DNA of 64,000 nt from NCBI GenBank assembly GCA_964199315.1, contig OZ116705.1, positions 12,524,001 through 12,588,000 of the forward strand, in the 5' to 3' direction. Source of the DNA: Orbicella franksi. Lineage: Eukaryota. The stretch's first letter is position 1, and the number at the start of each line of letters is the position of its first letter. Under the pieces are notes generated by a model, which searched no databases, was not told the DNA's origin, and saw only the letters and a list, made by a program, of their open reading frames with translations. Positions 24,591 through 37,000 of the stretch are shown in pieces. Both the position numbers and the translations under genes were made by a program.

Positions 24591-27500
24591 CTAAAGGGAG
24601 CTCTTCCATCTTTTCACATTGCCTGACTCAATAGAACCTGAGAGAAAGCAATTTTAAAATGATATTAGAAGCATGACAAAACTCCCATTTCCCTTGCAAG
24701 AACCCTTTCACAAATAAGTAGTCTGTCTCTCACAAGGAACCTACAATTTTTGTTGATTCTTCACACTTGTGTATTGCACTTTTTAGACAGTACTATTCCC
24801 AGAAGAATATTAAGAGAGGAAGTCATCAAAACTGGAATTCAAATTGGAATTTGGAGATGTTGGTTATTGTGGATGGACTGAAAACGAGAGTAACCTTTAG
24901 TTAGAAAGATCCTCAAGGAGCAAGGTGAGAAGCAGGAACAAACTCTACCCGGCACTCAACTCACATGTGGCACAGGGCCAGCATCAATCCTAGGCGCTCT
25001 CACCACTGTGCCATCCCTGCTCCTCGTTACATCAATTAATTAAAAAATGTATTAACTGCATTGCAGAATGGAGTTTGGTTGCCTGAGACAACGTGGAGCT
25101 TCCACTATAATTTTGGCAGCCGGCTCCAAGATGAAGACCAGTCGAATGACTGGCCAATCCTGGCAACTCAGCCATGGGCCCCCATATGGAAGAGAGAGAT
25201 GATTTATACGCCAAAGAATCAATTAAAGTAAACTTACTGACTCGTCCTTCTTTCTCTAGTTTGGTGAGATGGTGATTCACATTATTCTCTGCTGCTCTAT
25301 GAAGGTGCCATGGAGTATCCTAAAAATGAATGGTAAAATTATTAATAGATTTAGTTCTGTAACCATTACCATTATTAATAATTTATTACTACTATTAGTA
25401 ATAAAGTAATAAAGTACAATATTTTCTGGAACTGCACATCATGGATCAAAATAAAGGACCAACTGCAACAATTTTAATTAGTGGTTACTTGGGGAGAACA
25501 GAAATATTAAATGGGGAGGTGGGAATTATCTTTTTACCCTGGAGGGAAGATAAGAAATTGAAAATCACTTGGACAGTATGTACTGCATTTTGTGATGAAG
25601 GAGGAGTGGTTTCTAAAGCAGGGGTCATGCCCCAAGAGCTGATACATATAGATGAGGGTAAAAGGTTACCTTTCAATGAGAGTAACCCACAATAAATTGC
25701 TGCTGCAGTTATTTTTTAGTATTACAATCACCAATGATGTGATCCTTAATATTAGTAAAGGTTTCAAAACACAAAGTTGTGCAACAAATTGATAAAAAAA
25801 AAACTTACAACATATCAAAACAAACTGGTGAGCCAAATGCGAGCCCGACAGTGGAAAATCAAGTACTTCACCAATATACTCATACTCTGTATACGTATAC
25901 ATCTGACCGTATTGAATCACAAAAACATGCCCGTAGACAGCTCAAAGACAGTCCCAGCAGCCCCAAGTACTCTGACCACCCCCCCTGTCTAGGAGATATA
26001 GATATACCCATCACACACGTATGTGGCATGGGCCTATCCAGCAGGGTGCCATGTCAACACACAACCCTCAAACAAGGTTCAACAACTGAGTAAAGTGCCC
26101 AGCAAGTCTAGCTAGGTGAAGGTGTCAATAAAAGACACCCTCCCTGCCCCTTCCCCCTGCTTTTGACAGCTGGCTGCTAGCAAACCACCAGCAGATAGGC
26201 CAGTGCCTGGACCATGTCCCCAGCCCGGCCTTGGCAGAACCCCCTCCCTCCTCCCTAGGTTTAGAGTGGCTGGCTAGGCCTGGGCTCAGGCAAAGCCCAA
26301 ACCCAGGCAAAAACCTAGCGGGTACATAATAAATGTACATATGTTTTTGAGAAATTGTTCAGATATACTTTAGATGAACATTTAAAAAAACAAAATAAAA
26401 CAAAAACAAATTAATATTCTTAATATCTTACAACATAGACTTTCTTGACAATTTCCATGGCAGTTGTTACATTTTCAGGCTCATTTCCTAAAGCTTCAAG
26501 TATCTAGAATAGAGAGTGCATCATATACATGTAAGTACTTTTAAAGCATGATTGTTTGTCTGCCCAGTAAATAGTTTACCGGGCAGACATTTGCTATAAT
26601 GTAGGAGTTATAGAAACACGAGTGAAAGTTTGGGAAAATGAGAAATGTTGTGGGAACATGAGCTGACGGGTGAGCTGACAGGTGAGTGTTTTCATAGCTT
26701 TTTGAAGTTCTCCTAAACTTTCATGAGGGTTTCAGTCTATAACTGGATAACAACACAGAGAACATGTCTCCTCTATTTCTTTTAGAAAATACTGCAAAAA
26801 GAAAAAGAAAAAAACTTGAATGTTTACTTTGATCATCAAAATGTCAGTCATACTCTTTGCTTGTGCCATCATTACATTAACAGCTCAATTGCTAGTTCTT
26901 AGTTTCTATTGCATTATACATGTATGTAGAAAAACAATTTTAACCAATCAGCACACATATTTTCTTCGGCCTATTTTCTGATTTAACAATATTACCAAAA
27001 AGATGTTTACCATAAAATTATGATCAAGAGAATAGGAAGATAACACACCTGTTTTTCCCTCAAGTTTCTATGCTCAATGTATTCCTTGATTTTTGTGACA
27101 GCTTCTTCTACGACTGGACCATGCCCAGGATAGATAAGATGTGGGGACAAATTTAAAATCACTTCTAATGATTTCATGTATGTGAAGAGATCCTCAAACA
27201 CCTGTAGAATGGTACCTCAAGTTATTATTAAGTGCTCAATGTTCATGTTTGTGGTAGTCTTATAGTGATGCACCGCACCAAAATCTTGTGTGATAGCTTC
27301 AGACTGGTTGGCCAAATAGATTTTATCATTTTGTCACCTACCAACTGAAAAAAAATAATTATATGGAAAATATATATATATAATTTAAAAACTACATTTT
27401 TGGAGTTTTTAATTGGATGTTGAAGTAAGATGGAAAACATGGAACCCCCATCTAGACCCACCTTCTGGACCTCTTCTGGACGCCTTTCTAGACCTCCTTT

Positions 27501-29932
27501 AATGTAGTCTTAATCGTTGTTAACTTCAATTTTAATTACATGTATTTTACTCACAACCTCATATTTTCTCAAAGAAAAATAGGGGATCCAGATGGGGATC
27601 CAGAATGGGGTCCAGAAAAGGGTCTAGAAGAGGGTCCAGAAAGGGGTGCAGTAAGGGGTGCAGAAAGGGGTATAGAAAGGGGTCCAGGAGGGGTTCCAAA
27701 ACAAGGTCCAAACAAGGGCCCAAAGTGGGGTCCAAAGAGGGGTCCAGAAAGGGTCTGAAAAATAAGGGCTAGGTTTTCTTTGGATAATAATGAAACAAAT
27801 ATTTCTCGCTCTATATCTGCTCCAATAGTGATCATTCAAAAAAAAAAAAAAAAAAAGACTCAGTCTGTCTTGTTCAGGTCTGGCAACACTCATCCATTTA
27901 CAAAACAGCCATGTTTAAACTTGTGCCTGGCCCTCAGGAACCAAGTCAGGGTACAACTGTAAGTGTAAACATGGTAAATAGTGAGTACTTACAGCTGTTC
28001 CCTGACCTAAGATGCAATCTCCAGAAAAGATGGCATTTTCCTCCACCAGATAGACTATCATGTGGTCTGTTGTGTGACCAGGGGTGTGGAAAACCTTAAG
28101 TGTTGCTCCCTCTGTCACTATTTCATCTCCGTCCTTGAGATAACTATATTTATTCCCAATGCTTCCACTGATCTCTTCTGCTACACCATCCTGTGGAAGC
28201 TTTGAAATTCTCAGATGACCTGTACGATGATTTGACCAATAAATGTACATGTAATGAACATCACTATTCAATCTAAAGCACTGCAAATTGGTTCATTCAA
28301 CTGAGCCCCTAGATCCGCCCCAGTATAGACCTGTAAGTTTTTAATTTTTCAACATAGAAATTCAGTGTGACAGTACCTTGTGTTTACCACTGGCAGGGTT
28401 GTTATGATTACCCTCTCTGCTAGACTGAGATTCCAACTGATCATTCAGGCACCATTCCCACACTCATCTATTGGTGATGAGTTTAACTATACATGTAACT
28501 TAAAATACTGCTTAATACCTGGATTTTCCGTGCACTTGAGAACATCAAGGATTCCTCCTACATGATCTGCGTGCCAATGTGTGATAAGAATCTCCTGTAT
28601 ACTGGACTCGTTGTTAGATAACACTTCTTTGAGATGTTCTACGTATTCACTGGAACCTCCACTCCCTGTGTCAATTAATATGCGGCTGCAGAATAATGTC
28701 AGACCACTGGTGTAAACTTTCAGTGGTTAAATCCTAACATACTCAGTCTGTAAAGATTTCTGGCACAGCATGCACTTAACATCACTGAAATTGAAACTTT
28801 GTATACATGTAGGTAATCATAAGGTTCCGAGTTCAATTTGGAATTAATTTACATGAGTGAGTTTTTCAAAAAGCTGAAATTGAGCGAGCTGCTTCAGCAA
28901 GTGCAATTTCAGCTTTTTGAAAAACTCACAAGTGCAAATTAATTCCAGATTAAACAATAAAAACCGTACGATTGCTTATTAATGACATAAACATGAAAAA
29001 ATTTGCTTGGAGGAAGTGCCAGAAGCTCTTTCTTGAAGTCATTTTTTCTCATTCAAGAAAACTTTTTTCCAAAATTCTGAGAAAAAGTTTCATCATCATT
29101 TCACGTGATATCATTGGCTTAGAAAATTTCCTATTCTCTTTCAGCCAATCATAACCCAGAATAACTATGTGTAATTTGTACTGGTGTTACACTCTTTGCA
29201 CTGGTGTTACACTTGAACTGCACTGCTCCCAGCCAATCAGAATTGAGTAATTTTTTTGTGTATATTATTAGAGAGGTAATAATAACATGTACGTTACTTT
29301 CTGGTTTATACAATAATAGTCTCTGGTTGTGACTGCATTCCTGTGTACGAAATTAAATTTTGCAGACCACAGACTGCTGACTTTTTACATAATATCATAC
29401 TCCATTCCATTATCAAAACCACAGGCTTAAACCTGGGCACGATTTAGGCTAGTCTGAGTGATATTCAAGCTAACTGGAGTGCTATTAAGTTCTTACTGTA
29501 GTCTGCAGTTTGCAATCTGCAAATGTCATATTCTGCATAAGCAGACAGTCCCTCCTTATCTCTATATATTTCTTGAAATTTTATAACGAAAGATCTTTAT
29601 TTGCTGATAAGGTTGAGCTAAATTAAGTCGTGCTTATTGCTAGATTGAGCAAAAAATAAATAAATAATTAAATAAATAAATAAATAATCTTACTTCGTCT
29701 CGAATTTAAGGTAGCAAGATTGCTGATGTCTTAAATTAGAGAAAGAAAAATAAGTGACTGTAATTGAATACCTTCTGCCAGTCCCTACAAGGTACGTGTT
29801 GGTTCCTTGAAGCGTCATAGGACTAGGATTGCATCCTAGAATTCGTAAAACACGTGGAGATAGTTGTTCAACCGTTGGCAAACGTGCAAGATTTCCAGCA
29901 AAACCAGAGTACGATGAAACCAAGGCCGCCAT
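24591..29932 (-). CDS. LACTB2: Metallo-beta-lactamase-fold endoribonuclease LACTB2, 302 aa
   Basis: Exons 29932-29772, 28685-28519, 28219-27993, 27201-27049, 26503-26432, 25319-25238, 24637-24591 (909 nt, consistent phases). Motifs [58 protein letters not shown]. Confidence 0.96.
24835..25025 (-). mobile_element. tRNA-derived SINE in LACTB2 intron 6
   Basis: Minus strand starts gaggagcagggatggcacagtggtgagagc (A-box TGGCNNAGTGG) and ends in a ccaaattccaattt tail. Confidence 0.7.
27441..27757. repeat. Inverted 12-bp minisatellite arrays (GGGGTCCAGAAA)n in LACTB2 intron 3
   Basis: About 5 reverse-orientation units at 27441-27500 face about 15 forward units at 27582-27757. Confidence 0.85.
28815..29270. 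repeat. Palindrome-bearing repeat (hairpin family copy iii) in LACTB2 intron 1
   Basis: Hairpin 28840-28946 (ggaattaattt...gagtttttcaaaaagctgaaattg / caatttcagctttttgaaaaactc...aaattaattcc). cagccaatcagaattg at ~29230. Confidence 0.75.
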
Positions 29933-30056
29933 TTTGTTTCCCATCTTGATCTCATTGGGAAGTCCGCTGGCCGCTCGCGGTTTCAGCTCGCTTGTTGCCA
30001 TGCACCAAGTTGCTGAGGCGTTCATAGAAACGATTCATTAGACGGTCAACACAAAC
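29933..30056. promoter_or_regulatory. Compact bidirectional promoter between LACTB2 and the THEG-like gene
   Basis: Divergent start codons separated by 124 nt. AAAATGGCGGC (YY1-type) motif overlaps the LACTB2 start. Confidence 0.65.
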
Positions 30057-32705
30057 ATGGAAAGCACTGAACAAGAGAAAGACAAACAAAATCCGGCTAC
30101 AGCCGAAGACCAAGACAATATGGCAGCAACAAGTGAGTTTGGATTTTTTTCTGCTTTCAATTTTAGTTTAACGAAGTTTGAAATGGAGTTTTTCGTTCTT
30201 TTAGCGGACACGCGAAGAATAGACACTTTGGCTCGGCCTAAACCAGTTCCAGTTGGATTTATTGAAGACAGGTAAGAAGTTAAGCCAATCTACCTTGTTA
30301 TCAACGCTGCGATTTTGTCATTTACTGCTGGATTATCAGAAATTGGGTATATGTAATGTCACTCTTGCCTTCTCGACTACAAAATCGGTAACATTCCTTC
30401 GTGTGTCTCTCGCTAATAAGTTCTGCTCATGAAACAATTGTACGTTTAGGGGTCAATTTGGTTAAATTGTCACTTGTAATCGATCACTGTTACACGTTGA
30501 TGCTTCACTAAATGAAGAACACTAGATTCGAATAAAATTATGCTTTGATTTTATTTAAGCCAGGCACATTTAATGAATTTCGTTTCAAGCTCGTAACATT
30601 TGCGACATACGTGCAATGTTTTCCATTATTTTGAGAAGACCGCATGCAGATTGAAATTCAATAACTTTTTGTTTCTTTATTTTTAGGCGATCGGTTTACT
30701 GGGATAACAACTTAGCGAAGAACTGGGATAACATAGAACCGACCAAGAGTGGTAACGTATATATTTTGTAGTTAACAAAAGTTATACAACCGAATGAAAG
30801 CCGATATCGCCAAATTATCGCAGCTCATGATCTGACATGTTAATTTTAATGGGGTTCATTCATGCAATCTTTAATTTATCGTTTGAAGAAACCACGAACA
30901 CCTATTATCATGATCAGGAACTGTTATTGAAATCAAGCATCGGTGGATAATATTCAGAGAGAAACATTTTCTGTGAGATTGAAACATTCACGTAAGATGA
31001 AGTTAGAGTATCATGATTTATAAAGTTTCACAGTTATTAATAATTAAGTAGTTGTGACAACTCATATTCCAAAACTGACATCGACAAAGTGGCTGACAAG
31101 TAAATGACAGGTAAATAATTTATCATGAAACAGAAGGCTAGAAACTATCCAAAATGCCGTATCTATAAATTGGGTTCATACAATTTCTATAAATATTTTC
31201 TGTAAAATAATGTGGTGCTTAGACAGATCAGTTCTAAAATACCCTTTATTTTTTGCACCAAATTCAACAGTGTTAAGTGAAAGACAAGCACAACTTGTGT
31301 ACAGCAAGCAACTTCACAAGGACTATGTTGGGGACAGGTGAGGATGTTCAAACCATTTGAAATCATCTTTGTAACCTGAGAATGTGGAGAACTATTCTAC
31401 TCACTAAGAATGGTTGATACATTATTGCTTTACAAGTTACATAAATAGTTACCTTGGCCCTGATCTCCTAGAGGAGAAAAAGGAATTCTAAAAGTAAGTC
31501 AAGACACAGTTTTATCAGTTGGCACGGCCTATTGTCTCAATTTGCCAAAACTCAAATAACTGAGATATTGTAGCAATTATTGTATGTTTCAGTTTGTTGT
31601 TTTTGTTAATCTCATTGTGAGGGCAAAAAGGGGCTTGGGTGATTCCCAAGTGAAAAGTTTGGGGATCTTCATTGGCTCACTTAGGAGTGTAAATCAGAGA
31701 TGTTGGTCTCAATTAGAGTGTGTCATGACCAGATGAAACACCACTATATCTATAGCCATCAAGGTATCTTTTAGGACTGCACTCAAGATCAGAGAAAAAA
31801 AAGAAAACAAAATAATGGTTTTGTCCATTCTTAAGACAGGTATCTTTTAGGGGTCAAATGAGGCTCAAGGCATTCAAGGGGTTTAATTCAAATTTTCTAA
31901 TGAGCATCCCTGCCCTTTTCAACCCTTTTTCCCCTTCCCTTGGGTGTACCTTCCCCAAGACTACAGCCCAGCTGGGATCTAACCAAGACTTGCACAAATG
32001 AGTGTATACTGTATTAACAGTGCTTGTAACAGTTGGCCATTGGACTTCCACCCCCTTAAAGGAGGGATGTAGGGTCTTTTGTTTTGGTTGTCGCACTCAT
32101 ATTTGTTACAGATCATATTTTTTGTGTGTGTGTTCAACAGACGAAGCGCTATATGGCCAGTCAGTGAGGCAGCAATGAAAGCTTCAGCATCAGGGCGAGT
32201 TGAAGCCCTGTCAGAACCGAAAGCACTTCATCAAGACTACCAACCATGTAGGCAAGTCCAAACAGCCGTCAGTGAGGCAGCAATGAAAACAGAACCCTCA
32301 CAACGTATAGAGTTTCTTGCACAAGCCAAAACTTACGCTCCTTTAAAAATCAAGTCAAATAGTGATTGGGATTGGAGCGAATGGGAATCTGATTTAACAG
32401 AAGCTGCAAAGAATGGAACAGCATCAGAAAGAGTTCTTGTTCTTTCAAATCCCAAGCAGCCACATCGCAATTACAATGAAGGGCGTCCTGTGATCTGGGA
32501 AGTGTCACAGTCAGCCCAAAAGGCACTTCCGTCTCTCAGAGTTCAGCAGCTCGCAAGACCAAAGAGCCGAAGTCAATACAACGAGGATTACGATGCAAAT
32601 GCGTGGAAAGTCTCACAAGGAGCGAAAGTGGCTCAAGCCACTCCTAGAATTGTAGAACTTGCACTACCAATTCCTCGAAAAGTTAGAAGTAAAAAGGTTG
32701 CTTGA
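30057..32705 (+). CDS. THEG: THEG-repeat (testicular haploid expressed / SPMAP2-like) protein, ~279 aa
   Basis: Exons 30057-30132, 30205-30271, 30687-30751, 31271-31337, 32141-32705 (840 nt, consistent phases). Repeated W.VS.AA..A..S.R...LA.PK units (RIDTLARPK, RVEALSEPK, RVQQLARPK, RIVELALP). Family-level call. Confidence 0.85.
31630..31945. mobile_element. Degenerate MITE in THEG-like intron 4
   Basis: Ends in ggggtttaattcaaattttctaatgagcatccc; a fragment of the same motif occurs at ~9692. Termini eroded. Confidence 0.35.
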
Positions 32706-33852
32706 GCTGGAGATCCTAAATTTATGACTAATTTTTGGATATATTAATTATTTTTACTTATTAATTAATGATCCGAGAGTCACATTTATTTCCAAATGTA
32801 TCAACAGTTTTTTGTTAATACTTTTATTAAGCTATTTGTGAATATAAGTTATGAAAAGAAAAGTTTTCATTTCTGTGTGTCAAATTATCTCTCTGTGGTA
32901 ATAATTAATTATCTAATATAATATCAAATACTCTTTTATAAATACAGTACAGGTAGTGGATTTAATTATACCTTTTCTCTTAACATGTCACACACTTTTA
33001 ATAACAGCTGGTAAATTTTCACAATTTTTATTACATGTTTGTCCAAACAAATAAAAAAAGGCAGAGCATGATTAGATGACAGAAAAAGTATCACTTTTCT
33101 TTATTTTGGCTGCTTAAAATTTTTAAATAAAATCATGAAGGAGAATGCGGCTAGCCTACATGCATTTCAACAATAAAAACTCTTGTTGAACTAGCTTCAA
33201 GGCATCTATATGTATAGTCTCCATTAATATTGTATCTTATTTAGCAATTAACATTTATCTTTTAATGTTTCTTTTAACATAACATGTACATGTAGTTCTA
33301 ATGGTACAATTGCACAAGGAGAAATTAAGACATTAATGTACATTCAAATGCTCAACAACAGTTGATGATTTTCTTTATTCTGATCATCTGTCCTTATTGA
33401 TTATTGTAAAGAGAAATTGCCAGTAGATGTTGATCACTCTTGGAAAGAAAATAATGGTTCCTTTTGCCCTGAGTTAAACACTGGTACACAATAATTTGCC
33501 CTGTGATCACAAACATTGACAGCACAGGCTAACAGTCCACTTTAAAGTGACACTACTTCAAACAGCGTTTCTCAGTTGTGTACTTCATGTAAGTAGTCTC
33601 CCTCACAACCTCTTGGGCCAAAGTCACGCCGTGCTCCTTTCTCATGCTTGAAGTAGCCATGTGGGGATGGAGGCATTGCTCAAATTTGGTCTGAACTTCT
33701 TTATAAGAAACACCAGCTGGGAAAAATTGTCTTCACAGCTGGTCAATTAGCCTGGTGCCTGGCCCTTAATGAAACCCCTAATATACAGTGTAATTATGTG
33801 CTGCTGTATCCACCAATATGAAGACCATGAGAGTGTTCAATTTAGTCAGTCT

Positions 33853-33994
33853 CAGTGGCAGATCCAGACCTTGAGCTAAGAGGGGGGGAGGGGGGGGGGG
33901 GGGAGAAAGGGGGTTGTTTTGCTTCCCTTGTCAGCTTTTCTTCCTTCTGTGATTTCCTCTTTTTTTACCCAAAATAAGGGTAGATCCACCACTG
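33853..33994 (-). mobile_element. hAT-like MITE, second copy of the 15606 family
   Basis: cagtggcagatc...gatccaccactg. Interior is the reverse complement of 15606-15744. Flanks agtct / aatct (5 bp, one mismatch). Confidence 0.8.
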
Positions 33995-34056
33995 AATCTG
34001 TAACTTACAATACATGTACTTGTCATCCCAACATTGTTTTCAAAATTATTTACTAG

Positions 34057-37000
34057 CTACTTGTGTTTGGATTTGACAGTTCGCTTAACAGTGTGTACTA
34101 GGGCATCTTGAAGTACTGGGTAGGTTCTTGCACAACCTTCCATACAACATTTGAGAGCCTACAAAGAGATATGAAAACAATAATTGGGGTGTAACAACTT
34201 GTAAAGACGTTGTCTGGTGCATGTTTATTTCTCACTTAGAAGGTACTGTTCAAGCCTTGACTGACTGCTCATAAGTTACATGTACTAACCTTAACTGACT
34301 GCTCGCGGGTCAGTTCACCATCTTGTAACAGACCAGACACAACATTCATTGTGGGAAGAAAAGCGACAGTAACTTTACCATCAGCTTCTGATGACAATCC
34401 CTGGCAAAATGAAGTTGACAGAGTTTTTAATTTGCATTTCTAATTCTGATTTTATAGCTAATATCTTGGTCACTATTTTTCATCTGGACCACCCAGCACG
34501 TGGGAAAAGATTTACTTTCCAGGAAATCAGAGTTGTTGAATGTTGGGATTATTTCAATTTCAATTGATTAATTCTTTATTAATTTTAATATTTAATTATA
34601 ATCACGTTTAATTATTACATGTAAATAAATCAAATTTTTACAGTACCTCTTGAAATGTTGGATCCATAAGTGATGTGTTACCTTTCTGAACCTAAAATTC
34701 AGATTGAGGCAAATTCAAATTAAATCAAATTAAAAGTCTCTTCCCAGTCCACGCCTCCCTCGTGCCCTTTCACTTTGATTTACTACTAATAACAATAACA
34801 GTAACAATAACAATAACAATAACAACGACAACAACAATAACAATAACAATAACAATAACAATAATAATTATAATAATAATAATAAATGACCAATTATTAT
34901 AACATCGATTTATTACATTAAATGTTGTATAACAAACGATTTCATTCTCTTTAACAATGAACAATTGTCATGACTCCAGTCAATCAAAATTCCTTACCAA
35001 AGAGCAGGAAGAGACAAGGTCATACATTTCTATTCCAGCCTCTCCTAAGGCCAATGAAGCACAGAGGATCCCTGCTGGAAGCGCTGGTATAAAAAAAGAA
35101 AGAAGGCAAAACAATGATAACAGGTTAAACATACAACTGTAAGAGGGACTGTTCCATATCACTGAATGATGTCTATAAAATAGGGAAACAAAATAAATAC
35201 AAATAGAGGCTAAATATAACATTGCACCTACAGGTGAAGGAAAGAAATTCCAACAATTTTGGCTCCAAAAATGCGTTGTCCAGTTGTCTGAGACAATTAT
35301 TAGACTTGACTGTTGGGAAAGTAAGTTTTCATGTTCTCCTGCCCAATGGCAATGCTCAGGCAAGACCAAAAAGTAAGGCAAGCCGCACATGACTACCCTG
35401 TGCAAACTGACATATTTGAGACTTGCTTACAAGTCTGAACCTGGCCAAGCTAGGGCTCAGACAAGTTTGTTTCAAGCCCTGACCTATTCTCAATTTGTGC
35501 ATGATGGCAGGAGTAAGGTTTGATCATCAGGATTAATGAGAGTAGCCTACTTTCAATGCATCTTTGATCACCTACCATTTCCATCATTCTCTAAAACAGT
35601 GATGTAGATGTCAACCTGGGCCTTGGGAAATTTCTCCTGTCAGGTGAAGAAAAAAAGCCCATCAATTAGTTGGCTAATGCCCTGTTACCTGGTAGACAAG
35701 GAAGGTACTAATTCATTACAGTCTTAAATTCATATTGCTTTAATGCCATTGCAGTAAAACAGTCAACTCACCAAGCAAACTGCTGGCTTTAGTGCTTGGA
35801 CAACAAAAGAAGAAAACTCTTTCTCTTCTGAATCCTGATAGGAAAATAGAAAATGTACTGTTATACATGTAGGGTATAAACTTATTCTAACTAATAATTG
35901 CAAGACTTTCCCACTTGCCTTCCATACATGTATATACACAGTACATATAGATGAAGGAGGAATATTCCATCATACACTGCAGTATTTTACTATCACAGTT
36001 GTTTCCCTGAGGAATCTCAGACTTGATTACGTGTATGTATATTTATTCATGAATTTTGTCATAACCTTTGCATTTGTGGAATTTTCTAAGCTACTACCCA
36101 TAGTCAAAACAAAAAGTTCAGGTGACTCCCAGCAGCAAATGAAATGTCAATCACCTGTATATGTTGTCTTCTTTGCCAGCACGAAAATGGTGCAAACTTA
36201 AATTCACAAGAGATCTTTCCCTAGTTAAACAAAAAGAAGAAGAAAAAACTGAAGACATTTTAAAGTATCTTTAACAAATTCATCCGCAAACAAGTTACCG
36301 GTAAGTACTCACAGCAAATACTCTTGAACTGAAAAATAATGATCAGCATGAAAAGCAAGGACCGAAACTATTTAGCAAACAACAACATGTATTTTCCTAA
36401 TATGTGGTCATGAGCTAAAAAGATCAATAATTTATTACTGGCTTTAAAAAATAGCCTGACTAGCTAATACAATTACATCTATTATAGGAAACAATAAGGA
36501 GCATATATCTAAAACGCAAAATTTTAAGTTCTAATTTACTTATAACTAACAACCAAAGGTTTTTCAGCTTTTAGAGTAAGTTTCCTAGAGACACTGACTC
36601 CTAAGTTGTTTTAGTGGAGACATTAATTAAAGATATTTTGACAACTTTATTCTGAATATAGACATCTTTAGCTTGGACATTTGTCACCCCATTTCAGACC
36701 ACGTAATGATACTCTAGAGAATTCTTGCTTTCAAATTTTCAAATAGTTGTGTGTATAAAAAGAAGAATTCTCTAGAGAATATCAAATGGTCTGAAATGGG
36801 AAAACAAACCACCCAAGCTAATTAAAAGACATCTATTGGACCAACCTTTTCACTAAATTCATGTTGTCTCTGTGACTCTCTTGGTCCATATCTAAAATTT
36901 AGTTAAGAACTAGTAGACACTGCTGAGAGGATCTTGGGTCAAGTATTGAGTCAGTTTTAAAATGTAGGAAAACAGAGAAAATAATTTAATGAAAACCTGA

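Noticed and set aside
27540-27893. ORFs with GPER/GPKW or WTPL repeats resembling collagen or prion repeats
   Set aside because: They are translations of a 12-bp intronic minisatellite, open in several frames, with no splice support.
34770-34964. Poly-Ile/Val ORF (also 56385-56672)
   Set aside because: Artefacts of AAT/ATT microsatellites.
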